A stretch of DNA of 59,323 nucleotides from an uncultured virus (IMG/VR IMGVR_UViG_3300031857_014466) (taxonomy: Duplodnaviria > Heunggongvirae > Uroviricota > Caudoviricetes): the IMG/VR virus record IMGVR_UViG_3300031857_014466. One strand, given 5' to 3'. Made by a program: the position numbers and the translations under genes. A model generated the notes under the pieces. That model was not told the origin of the DNA and did not search any database. It saw only the letters and a program-made list of their open reading frames with translations. Below are positions 9,220-17,440 of this stretch, in pieces; within the stretch, counting starts at the first letter, position 1, and every line of letters begins with the position of its first letter.

Positions 9220-10614
9220 ATGCACAGCGAAGATACACTTTCAAAATATGGGCAATCGTTTCAGACCAAAGTAATATCTGCTTTGCTTACCGATGAACGA
9301 ATGATGGATACACTTTCAGATGTAATCCATAAGAAGTTCTTTGAATCGGAAGCAAATAAGTGGATAGTGGAAGAAATTGCATCGCACCATAAAGAATATA
9401 ATAAGGTGCCTTCGTTGGATGTATTTAAAGTTCAAGTCTCAAAGCTTGATAATCAAGCTCTCCAAAAAACAATCGTAACTCAACTCAAAGAAGTATATAA
9501 TCAAATTGGTAATACTGATTTGGCATATATCAAAGATGAGTTCACATCATTTTGTATTAATCAAAACCTAAAGAATGTAATCGTACAATCAATTGATTTA
9601 CTGAAATCAGGCAACTATGATAAAATCAAAGACTTGGTTGATAAAGCAATGAAAGTTGGTGTTGATTCGGATTTGGGTATGGATTATCTTATTGATTTCG
9701 ATAAGAGATATGATGAAACAAAAAGAGATACGGTAGCAACTGATTGGGATTGTATTAATGAATTGATGAATGGTGGTTTGGGGCCAGGTGAATTAGGAGT
9801 GGTAGTTGCACCATCTGGTGTTGGTAAGACGTGGGTATTATGTGCTTTAGGAGCAGCAGCTGTAAAAGCTGGAAAGACTGTAGTACATTACTCATTAGAA
9901 TTATCGCAAGAATATGTTGGTTTAAGATACGATACTGTATTTTCTAATATCGCTTCGCATGAATTGGTAGATAGGAAAGAGCAAGTATTAACATCCTTAA
10001 AGAAACTTAGAGGTAAACTTAAAATCAAATACTTCCCACCTAAAGCAGCAAGTTCAAAAACAATTCAAGCTCACTTAGAAAAGATGGTAGCAGCCGGTAA
10101 TAAGCCCGATTTAGTTATTGTGGATTACGCTGACTTATTACTATCACATTCAAATAAATCCGATAGTACATACGCTGAGCAAGGTGGTGTGTATATTGAT
10201 TTAAGAGGAATGAGTGGTGAGTTAGGAATACCAATTTGGACAGCATCACAAACTAATCGTTCAGCAATTGATTCGGAAGTTATTGAAGCAGATAAGATTG
10301 CAGATTCTTACGCTAAAGTAATGAACGCCGATTTCATTATGAGTTTGAGTAGAAAGGCTAAAGATAAACTTAATAATACAGCAAGGGTGCATATTATGAA
10401 GAATCGTTTCGGACAAGATGGTATCACCTTCCCAGCGAAGATGGATACAACGCATGGTACATTAGATGTCTACACAGCCACATCCGCTGATGGTATGATG
10501 GCAACTAAGGAAAGTGCAAATGGTGCCGAAATGGAAAGACAATTGTTACATAAAAAGTATATGGAAGCAATGCCGATTGGTAATAAAACAAATACCAATA
10601 CGGGATTAGGATAA
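9220..10614 (+). CDS. dnaB: Replicative DNA helicase DnaB / T4 gp41-like
   Basis: APSGVGKT, YSLEL, VIVDYADLL, IWTASQTNR, KNRFG. Confidence 0.93.
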   Translation: MHSEDTLSKYGQSFQTKVISALLTDERMMDTLSDVIHKKFFESEANKWIVEEIASHHKEYNKVPSLDVFKVQVSKLDNQALQKTIVTQLKEVYNQIGNTDLAYIKDEFTSFCINQNLKNVIVQSIDLLKSGNYDKIKDLVDKAMKVGVDSDLGMDYLIDFDKRYDETKRDTVATDWDCINELMNGGLGPGELGVVVAPSGVGKTWVLCALGAAAVKAGKTVVHYSLELSQEYVGLRYDTVFSNIASHELVDRKEQVLTSLKKLRGKLKIKYFPPKAASSKTIQAHLEKMVAAGNKPDLVIVDYADLLLSHSNKSDSTYAEQGGVYIDLRGMSGELGIPIWTASQTNRSAIDSEVIEADKIADSYAKVMNADFIMSLSRKAKDKLNNTARVHIMKNRFGQDGITFPAKMDTTHGTLDVYTATSADGMMATKESANGAEMERQLLHKKYMEAMPIGNKTNTNTGLG

Positions 10615-10633
10615 ACATTTAAAAACAAAAACT

Positions 10634-10807
10634 ATGAACAGTCAAGAACTATTCGAACAAATGAAAGCTCTATTCACAACTTTTGAAACTGAGCACAATG
10701 GTACTAAAAAAGTAAACAAATCAAGAGCAAGAAAAGCTATTGGTGAGTTGAAGAAATTGGTAACTGCGTATAAGAAAGCTTCAACAGAAGAGCAAAAGGC
10801 AGCATAA
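10634..10807 (+). CDS. Small basic histone H1-like (Hc1-family-like) protein, 57 aa; missing from the ORF track
   Basis: MNSQELFEQMKALF...KVNKSRARKAIGELKKLVTAYKKAS; RARKA..ELKKL...Y/F(K/R)K.S resembles Hc1. A-rich leader before it, terminator after it. Confidence 0.7.
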   Translation: MNSQELFEQMKALFTTFETEHNGTKKVNKSRARKAIGELKKLVTAYKKASTEEQKAA

Positions 10808-10811
10808 TGAT

Positions 10812-10835
10812 AGGGGAGTAACTCTCCCCTTTCTT
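10812..10835 (+). terminator. Rho-independent terminator
   Basis: AGGGGAG-taact-CTCCCCT followed by TTCTT. Confidence 0.75.
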
Positions 10836-10998
10836 ATGTTTTAATAGAGTGGAGTTTTGACACTTAAAATTATTTTAAAAAAAGTGGATTTTTTATCCAC
10901 AAACTTGTGGTGTTTGGTGAGTGACTCCATATTTATTTTTTTATTTTCAGGTTTTCCTGAAAAAAATTACAAACTCACATTTTAACATTTAAAACATT

Positions 10999-12855
10999 AT
11001 GGACATTTCAACAAAGATTTTATCGGACATTACAGTCTATATGAAGTACGCAAAGTATAGACCAGAATTACAAAGGAGAGAGACATGGGAAGAATTAGTT
11101 ACTCGTAATATGGAAATGCATATTAAAAAATTCCCAAAATTAGAAAAAGAGATTAGAGAAAATTACAAATTCGTGTACGATAAAAAGGTTTTACCTTCTA
11201 TGCGTTCAATGCAATTTGCTGGTAAACCAATTGAAATTTCCCCAAATAGAATTTATAACTGCGCATTCGCACCAGCAGATGATTGGAGAGTATTCTCTGA
11301 AATTATGTTCCTTCTATTGGGTGGAACTGGTGTAGGTTATTCAGTACAAAAACATCACGTTGACCAATTACCTGAAATCCGTAAACCAAACGCTGATAAG
11401 ACAAGAAGATTTTTAGTAGGTGATTCTATTGAAGGTTGGGCAGATGCAGTATTGGTATTAATGAAAGCATACTTCTTTGGTGGAAGTAAACCTATGTTTG
11501 ATTTCAGAGATATTAGACCAAAAGGAGCACGTTTGATTACATCAGGTGGTAAAGCACCTGGTCCACAACCACTTAAAGAGTGCCTTATTAAAGTAGAAGG
11601 TATCTTAGATTCAAAGGGTGATGGTGACAAATTAGAACCAATTGAAGTGCATGATATTATTTGCCACATTGCTGATGCAGTATTAGCTGGCGGTATTCGT
11701 AGAGCAGCATTGATTTCCCTATTCTCAGCAACCGATGAGAAAATGATTAGTTGTAAGAGTGGTGCTTGGTGGGAACACAATCCACAAAGAGGTAGAGCAA
11801 ACAATTCAGCAGTATTGATGAGACATAAAATCACAAAAGATTACTTTATGGATTTGTGGAAACGTATTGAAGCAAGTGGAGCTGGTGAACCTGGTATCTA
11901 TTTAAGTAACGATAAAGATTGGGGAACTAACCCTTGTTGTGAAATTGCATTAAGACCTTATCAGTTCTGTAACCTTTGTGAAGTAAACGTATCGGATATT
12001 GCAGACCAAACTGATTTGGAAGCAAGAGTTAAAGCAGCAGCATTTATCGGAACATTACAAGCAGGTTATACCGATTTCCATTACCTAAGACCAATTTGGC
12101 AAAGAACAACTGAAAAGGATGCCCTAATTGGTGTATCTATGACAGGTATTGGTAGTGGTGCTATCCTAAAGCATGATATGAAAGCAGCAGCTAAAGTTGT
12201 AAAAGAAGAAAACAAAAGAGTAGCTGAGATGATTGGTATCAACGCTTCAGCAAGATGCACAACCGTAAAACCTGCAGGAACTACATCATTAACGTTAGGT
12301 ACATCATCTGGTATTCACGCTTGGCACAATGAATATTATGTTCGTAGAGTAAGAGTTGGTAAGAACGAAAGTATCTATCAATACTTACATCTTAATCACC
12401 CTGAATTGGTTGAAGATGAGTATTTCAGACCGCATGATACTGCAGTAATTGGTATTCCACAAAAAGCACCAGAAGGTTCAATCTTCCGTACTGAATCTCC
12501 ACTACAATTGTTAGAGAGAGTTAAGAAAGTACATGGTGAGTGGGTTAAGCCTGGTCATAGAAGTGGTAACAATACACACAACGTATCTGCTACAATTTCT
12601 ATTAGAGAGCATGAGTGGAAAGCAGTTGGTGAATGGATGTGGGAAAATAAAGATTTCTACAACGGACTTTCAGTATTACCTTACGATGGCGGCACTTATA
12701 TTCAAGCTCCATTTGAAGATTGTACAAAAGAAAAGTACGAAGAACTTCTAAAAACTTTATCAGATATTGATTTAAGTAAAGTTATTGAGATTGAAGATAC
12801 AACTGACTTGAGTGGTGAGTTGGCATGTGCTGGGGGTGCTTGTGAAATTAAATAA
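10999..12855 (+). CDS. nrdJ: Class II (adenosylcobalamin-dependent) ribonucleotide reductase
   Basis: LPSMR, YNCAF, GGTGVGYS, AGGIRRAALI, GTNPCCEI..QFCNL, VKPAGT and C-terminal ACAGGACE; 618 aa, no intein. Confidence 0.93.
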   Translation: MDISTKILSDITVYMKYAKYRPELQRRETWEELVTRNMEMHIKKFPKLEKEIRENYKFVYDKKVLPSMRSMQFAGKPIEISPNRIYNCAFAPADDWRVFSEIMFLLLGGTGVGYSVQKHHVDQLPEIRKPNADKTRRFLVGDSIEGWADAVLVLMKAYFFGGSKPMFDFRDIRPKGARLITSGGKAPGPQPLKECLIKVEGILDSKGDGDKLEPIEVHDIICHIADAVLAGGIRRAALISLFSATDEKMISCKSGAWWEHNPQRGRANNSAVLMRHKITKDYFMDLWKRIEASGAGEPGIYLSNDKDWGTNPCCEIALRPYQFCNLCEVNVSDIADQTDLEARVKAAAFIGTLQAGYTDFHYLRPIWQRTTEKDALIGVSMTGIGSGAILKHDMKAAAKVVKEENKRVAEMIGINASARCTTVKPAGTTSLTLGTSSGIHAWHNEYYVRRVRVGKNESIYQYLHLNHPELVEDEYFRPHDTAVIGIPQKAPEGSIFRTESPLQLLERVKKVHGEWVKPGHRSGNNTHNVSATISIREHEWKAVGEWMWENKDFYNGLSVLPYDGGTYIQAPFEDCTKEKYEELLKTLSDIDLSKVIEIEDTTDLSGELACAGGACEIK

Positions 12856-13036
12856 AGAAAGAGAGGAGCTGTATTACTTTGAAGGTAGTAGGATAGTGTT
12901 TACACCACAATACCACATAGAGCGTGGTTCTTGTTGTGGAAGTGGATGTAGACATTGTCCTTACGAACCAAAGCATGAAGCTGGAAATATAAACATAGAA
13001 GAACAATATAAACATTTAAAAAATGATAACAGTTAA
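12842..13036 (+). CDS. Small Cys-rich protein (DUF5522-like, RGxCCGSGCRHCPY)
   Basis: Motif VFT..YH..RGSCCGSGCRHCPY; the GTG at 12842 is the likelier start; overlaps nrdJ and thioredoxin. Confidence 0.7.
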   Translation: MKLNKEREELYYFEGSRIVFTPQYHIERGSCCGSGCRHCPYEPKHEAGNINIEEQYKHLKNDNS

Positions 13037-13289
13037 AAAATTTGGAGCAGAATGGTGTGGACCATGCAGAATGCTAAAACCTGTTTTGGAACAATTAAAA
13101 GAAGAATTTAATGGTAAGGCAACTTTCATTGAATATGATGTAGATAATTCTCCAAATGAAGCAGAGCAATACAATGTAACTTCTATTCCATTGGTTATTG
13201 TTGAAAAAGATGGAGTTGTTGTTGAAAGATTTCAAGGATTAACTTCAAAGGTAGCATATAAAAATGCTATTAATGAAGCAATAGGATAA
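13023..13289 (+). CDS. trxA: Thioredoxin
   Basis: AEWCGPC and SIP motifs; 88 aa. Confidence 0.95.
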   Translation: MITVKKFGAEWCGPCRMLKPVLEQLKEEFNGKATFIEYDVDNSPNEAEQYNVTSIPLVIVEKDGVVVERFQGLTSKVAYKNAINEAIG

Positions 13290-13309
13290 AAAATATTAAT
13301 AAAGGTTAC

Positions 13310-13513
13310 ATGGCTATTTTAAGAGGACAGACTCACCCAGCTGCAAAGTTGACAGATGAGCAAGTTCTAAACATCAGAAGATTATGGAGTATGGGTCACC
13401 GAAACGTAAAGGTGATAGCAAGAAACAATAAGGTTTCCCCAGCCAATGTAATGAAGATAATTCAACGTAAAACTTGGAATCATCTAAATGAATTTTGGTC
13501 TGGTAGTATATGA
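13310..13513 (+). CDS. Small helix-turn-helix DNA-binding protein (resembles the HTH tail of phage HNH endonucleases)
   Basis: G.THP.AKLT...V..IR....IA....VS...V..I..RKTW.H pattern. Confidence 0.65.
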   Translation: MAILRGQTHPAAKLTDEQVLNIRRLWSMGHRNVKVIARNNKVSPANVMKIIQRKTWNHLNEFWSGSI

Positions 13514-14283
13514 AAGTAGAAGGAAAACAATATTGTGACATATCCAAATTCTCAATAAGAGAAATCAATAAAAATATTGCAAAGGATATCATTGTCAATA
13601 ACCATTATAGTGGGATATGGACAAAGGTATCCTATGCCATAGGCTTATTTTATTTATCGGATGAAGAACATTCTTTCTTTAGTGGTGTAAACGAACAATT
13701 AGTTGGGGTTGCTTGTTATGGTGACCCGGTTGGTAGAAACGCAGGCGCATCAATATCTGAATTACTTCCGAGAGATGGAGTGTTAGAATTGACACGCCTG
13801 TTTGTTTTTGATGGGTATGGTAGTAACATTGAAAGTTGGTTTGTGGGTAGAACATTTGATTGGTTGAGAGAAAACGCACCACACATCAAAGCCCTAATAT
13901 CTTATTCAGACCCAAACGCTGGACACTTAGGAACGGTATATCAAGCTACTAATTGGATATATCAGGGTAACAAAATCCGATGGTCAGATAGTTGGAGTTT
14001 TAAGTGGAGTGAGGATGATGAATGGCATCATAGTAGGACATCTTATGTGAAATACGGAACGAATGACCCGAAAATAATTCAGACAATGGTTACAAGCCCT
14101 TTCTGGATTAAAAGAGAACCCCGTAAGCACCGATATGTGTATATTCTAACCAAAGATAAAAAGGAGAAAAAAGCACTCTTAAAATCGCTTAAACATGAGG
14201 TATTCCCATATCCAAAGGTGGAGTTGGATATTATTGATGAAGTTTATAAAATGGACCCGGTAGATTTGGTAGTTTCAAAATAA
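13510..14283 (+). CDS. Mom-like (GNAT-fold) DNA-modification protein, paralog 1
   Basis: HYSG, ELTRL, LISYSDP..GH.GTVYQATNWIYQG, KHRYVY. Confidence 0.8.
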   Translation: MKVEGKQYCDISKFSIREINKNIAKDIIVNNHYSGIWTKVSYAIGLFYLSDEEHSFFSGVNEQLVGVACYGDPVGRNAGASISELLPRDGVLELTRLFVFDGYGSNIESWFVGRTFDWLRENAPHIKALISYSDPNAGHLGTVYQATNWIYQGNKIRWSDSWSFKWSEDDEWHHSRTSYVKYGTNDPKIIQTMVTSPFWIKREPRKHRYVYILTKDKKEKKALLKSLKHEVFPYPKVELDIIDEVYKMDPVDLVVSK

Positions 14284-14296
14284 TTTCGTATATTTG
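14265..14296 (+). promoter_or_regulatory. Bacteroidota sigma-A type promoter
   Basis: TTTG-N20-TATATTTG overlapping the end of Mom-like paralog 1. Confidence 0.78.
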
Positions 14297-14310
14297 TATA
14301 AATTTATTAT

Positions 14311-14562
14311 ATGGGAAGGTGGCCTGAAAAACCAATTGATAAACCTACGAAGTTTGAAATAACATATAAAGATGATGATGGAGTTGAATCCACTTGGAAG
14401 TATGATTTGAAGAAGTTTCCAAATGGACCAATTGAAGTGAGTAATAAGTTTCCAGCAGGTTATGATAAGATGATGAAGAAGCAAATGAAAGATGCTAGGT
14501 TGGAAAAGAAGCAATCGGTATTAGAAAAGGCTATGGCCAATAAAAAGAAAAATGAAAGTTGA
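14311..14562 (+). CDS. Hypothetical protein
   Basis: 83 aa ORF directly after a promoter and overlapping the next start. Confidence 0.65.
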   Translation: MGRWPEKPIDKPTKFEITYKDDDGVESTWKYDLKKFPNGPIEVSNKFPAGYDKMMKKQMKDARLEKKQSVLEKAMANKKKNES

Positions 14563-15352
14563 AGGTAAACAATATTGTGATGTAAGTAAAGTGTATGTAG
14601 CACCAATAGCAAAGAATATCGCTAAAGATATTATTGTTAAGAAACACTACACTCACGCTTGGACTTCTTGCCGTTACGCATTGGGTATTTATTACAAAGC
14701 AGAAGATGCTAGTACCTTCGATGGTGATAAACTAATTGGTTGTATCATTTATGGATTTCCTGTTGGGGCAAAAGCAGCAACTTCTATTTGTGAAGGATTG
14801 ACGAAAGATAACGCATTAGAATTGACAAGATTATATTGTGATGATGGGTATGGTTCTAATATTGAATCATTCGCTATTTCACAATCTTTTAAGTGGTTGA
14901 AAGAAAATGATAAGAATATTAAGTTGTTACTATCTTATGCAGATGCCGGACAAGAACATTTAGGTGGAATATATCAGGCAACAAATTGGATATATCAGGG
15001 TATTTCATCTGATATAGCATTGATGCCTAATTGGGGTATTTCATTACAAAAAGAACCATACGATTGGATTCACAGCCGAACTGTATTTTCAATGTGGGGT
15101 AGTGGTAACTTAGACCATCTTAAAAGAGAAATTGGTAAGCAGGGATATAAAGAGTTTTGGAGAAGAATGGAGCCACCAAAGCACCGATACATTCAGATAT
15201 TGGCGCAAGATAAGAAAGAAAAGAAACAATTGATGAAGGCATTAAAGCATGAAATCAAACCCTATCCAAAAAATAGTGTAGATTTTAATACTGAAGTCGT
15301 ACATCATCTTACTACATACGAAGCACCTGAAGGGGCTGCAAATTTTTGGTAA
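14552..15352 (+). CDS. Mom-like (GNAT-fold) DNA-modification protein, paralog 2
   Basis: HYTH, ELTRL, LLSYAD..QEH.GGIYQATNWIYQG, KHRY; same N-terminus MKVEGKQYCD as paralog 1. Confidence 0.8.
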   Translation: MKVEGKQYCDVSKVYVAPIAKNIAKDIIVKKHYTHAWTSCRYALGIYYKAEDASTFDGDKLIGCIIYGFPVGAKAATSICEGLTKDNALELTRLYCDDGYGSNIESFAISQSFKWLKENDKNIKLLLSYADAGQEHLGGIYQATNWIYQGISSDIALMPNWGISLQKEPYDWIHSRTVFSMWGSGNLDHLKREIGKQGYKEFWRRMEPPKHRYIQILAQDKKEKKQLMKALKHEIKPYPKNSVDFNTEVVHHLTTYEAPEGAANFW

Positions 15353-15356
15353 TTTC

Positions 15357-15435
15357 ATAACTCATTGATAATCAATAAGTTATAAAACATTGATTTTCAA
15401 CACGTTATGCAACTCATTGATTTTCAATAAAAAAT
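15357..15435. repeat. Three tandem imperfect ~27-bp palindromes with core TTGA-N3-TCAA
   Basis: ATAACTCATTGATAATCAATAAGTTAT (15357), ATAAAACATTGATTTTCAACACGTTAT (15382), GCAACTCATTGATTTTCAATAAAAAAT (15409). Confidence 0.85.
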
Positions 15436-15457
15436 TTATAAGAAAATACACTTATAA

Positions 15458-15489
15458 TTTGGCAGATTCATATATTTTTACTATCTTTA
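15458..15489 (+). promoter_or_regulatory. Bacteroidota-type promoter variant
   Basis: TTTG-N20-TATCTTTA. Confidence 0.6.
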
Positions 15490-15536
15490 CATAGTAAACA
15501 ATTTGATAATAAACAATAAACAAAACCCCTTTAATT

Positions 15537-17375
15537 ATGTCACAACAATTAGGACAAGTATTAGCTGAATTGGAAATCGCTAAATCAACTCAAGACTTAC
15601 AAAAGATTGTAAGCATTCTTCACTTTAATCAAAAAGTTTTATCCAAAAGAGATAGCAAGATAATGGATGTTATCACTTTTGGTATTGTTGAATCCTTAAT
15701 AAAGTCTGGATTCATTTCAAACAAAATGAATAGAGAAGAAGAACTTGATAGTGTTACTTCATATACAAACAAACTTCACCACCTTATCAGATTTGTAGAT
15801 GGTGTTAGTAGAAAAGCACACTTACAATTATCTTTTGTTCCAAAGAAAGGACAAAGTTTATTCATATCCGATGATGGTACTATGATGTCTTTGTGTTTTG
15901 GTATGTATAGAGATGTTAAGAAATTAACAGCAGGTGATATTGATGAAATACTAGATGATATTCAGAACGAATATGAACTTGATGGAACTGAGGTACTCTT
16001 TAATTCATTGAGAGAATGGATTTCTAAATTGGATGAACAGCAAGTTTTACTAAAGTATTCTCTTACGGATTTGCTTAGAGAAACTGGAATGATTGATTAT
16101 TTTGGTGCAACTAAAATTAATTATGAAATTAACACTTTCACAATTAAGCAACACATCAAAGACCAGCAAAATGCGAACCTGCAACCTAACCCTTGGATTG
16201 CACACAACTTCTATAAAGCTCCCATCAAAGCTGAAGAAAGTTATGAAACTTCGTTTTGTGGTGATAGATTACAAAACGAATTGTTTGTAAACGTTCCGGG
16301 TGTTGGTTGTGACCCTAAAACGCAAGGTGATAGATTGTTTAGAAACTATGCAACTGGTTCTAAGAAAACTGAAAAAGATATTCCGTTTTACACAACGTAT
16401 GGTGCATTGTTGGCTACAAACAATTTAGATGATATTTTGGAAAACAACGAAATGTTCAGAAACTACATCAAACATGACCATCCAAAATTTGGAAATTGGT
16501 GGTACAAACGTTACGCTCAATTGGTGAATGAAGTAACCTACCAAGATATGGTTGCTCATATCGAAAAATTCAGATTAATCCAAGAAGGTGGGTGGGCTGA
16601 TATTGTTACCACAATCAATAGAATTATTAAGAAGAACAACGCTACTTCTTGTAAAGCGTTTTCTGATTTGACTCCTTTTAAGGATGACTTTGGTATGTAT
16701 GTAGTTTATGTGGTGTTAGCTTTGCATAAAGTTTATGGAAATGCATATAGTAGAACTGTTTCTACCAACATCAAAAGGATTAAAGAATCCTTAATAAAAA
16801 ACCTAATTGATATTCTTCAGAACGATAATACATTTGACATCTTTGCTGAAGATGGTAATACAAACTGGGATGCTCGTTATGAATCTGTTTGGAAGCCTGC
16901 TATAAAGCAGACTGTAGCAGATATGGGTAAGAAAACAAAATCAGAAAAATCCTTTGATAAGGAAGTACAGCATCAAAAGGATTCAATTCTGAAAATTGTT
17001 AGAGATAATAATTTGGGTAATTCTTGGACATGCTTTTCACATACAAGTGATAAGTTAATTCAGATTAACTTTAATGATTGGAGTAAGACTATGTCTGGGT
17101 TACATTGTGTACCGGTAGACATGGGTGGTACAGCAGAAGATGGTGTTATATTCGGATTAAACGCTGACCAAATGGGTGAATGGAAATACGCTAACCTTAA
17201 TGATATGTTCACAAAACCATCGGATTATTGGGAATCATTAGCAAACAGAAACAGCAAAATGCTTGATATTCAAAAGAACGTTTTGACTGATAGTGAAAAA
17301 AGACGTGTTACTGACTTCATTAGGTTGTGTGATACCATAGTAGCTGAGGGTATTGAGTACCTTTGTAAGAAGTAA
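15537..17375 (+). CDS. Hypothetical 612 aa protein; possible degenerate DUF262(ParB-like)/HNH, GmrSD-like
   Basis: The ORF is solid and has its own promoter and terminator. The family call rests only on weak motifs FVDGVSR, ELFVNV and LHCVPVDMGGT. Confidence 0.4.
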   Translation: MSQQLGQVLAELEIAKSTQDLQKIVSILHFNQKVLSKRDSKIMDVITFGIVESLIKSGFISNKMNREEELDSVTSYTNKLHHLIRFVDGVSRKAHLQLSFVPKKGQSLFISDDGTMMSLCFGMYRDVKKLTAGDIDEILDDIQNEYELDGTEVLFNSLREWISKLDEQQVLLKYSLTDLLRETGMIDYFGATKINYEINTFTIKQHIKDQQNANLQPNPWIAHNFYKAPIKAEESYETSFCGDRLQNELFVNVPGVGCDPKTQGDRLFRNYATGSKKTEKDIPFYTTYGALLATNNLDDILENNEMFRNYIKHDHPKFGNWWYKRYAQLVNEVTYQDMVAHIEKFRLIQEGGWADIVTTINRIIKKNNATSCKAFSDLTPFKDDFGMYVVYVVLALHKVYGNAYSRTVSTNIKRIKESLIKNLIDILQNDNTFDIFAEDGNTNWDARYESVWKPAIKQTVADMGKKTKSEKSFDKEVQHQKDSILKIVRDNNLGNSWTCFSHTSDKLIQINFNDWSKTMSGLHCVPVDMGGTAEDGVIFGLNADQMGEWKYANLNDMFTKPSDYWESLANRNSKMLDIQKNVLTDSEKRRVTDFIRLCDTIVAEGIEYLCKK

Positions 17376-17380
17376 AATTT

Positions 17381-17408
17381 ATGGGGAGTATTTCTCCCCA
17401 TTTATTTT
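17381..17408 (+). terminator. Rho-independent terminator
   Basis: ATGGGGAG-tattt-CTCCCCAT followed by TTATTTT. Confidence 0.8.
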
Positions 17409-17436
17409 GCCGTATCAATAAAATTTCGTATATTTG
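17406..17436 (+). promoter_or_regulatory. Bacteroidota sigma-A type promoter
   Basis: TTTG-N19-TATATTTG, 4 nt before the ATG at 17441. Confidence 0.75.
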
Positions 17437-17440
17437 TAAA

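Noticed and set aside
10897..10910. NrdR box or cobalamin riboswitch upstream of nrdJ
   Set aside because: The palindrome spacing is shorter than the 16-bp NrdR consensus and no B12-box was recognised; retained only as an unexplained structured leader
13310..13513. Mobile HNH homing endonuclease
   Set aside because: Only the HTH-like tail is present; there is no HNH catalytic motif
15357..15435. Possible mini-CRISPR array
   Set aside because: The repeats abut one another with no spacers, and no cas operon is present
17381..17440. Longer N-terminus of the glycosyltransferase given in the ORF track
   Set aside because: That ATG lies in the terminator stem upstream of the promoter; 17441 fits better
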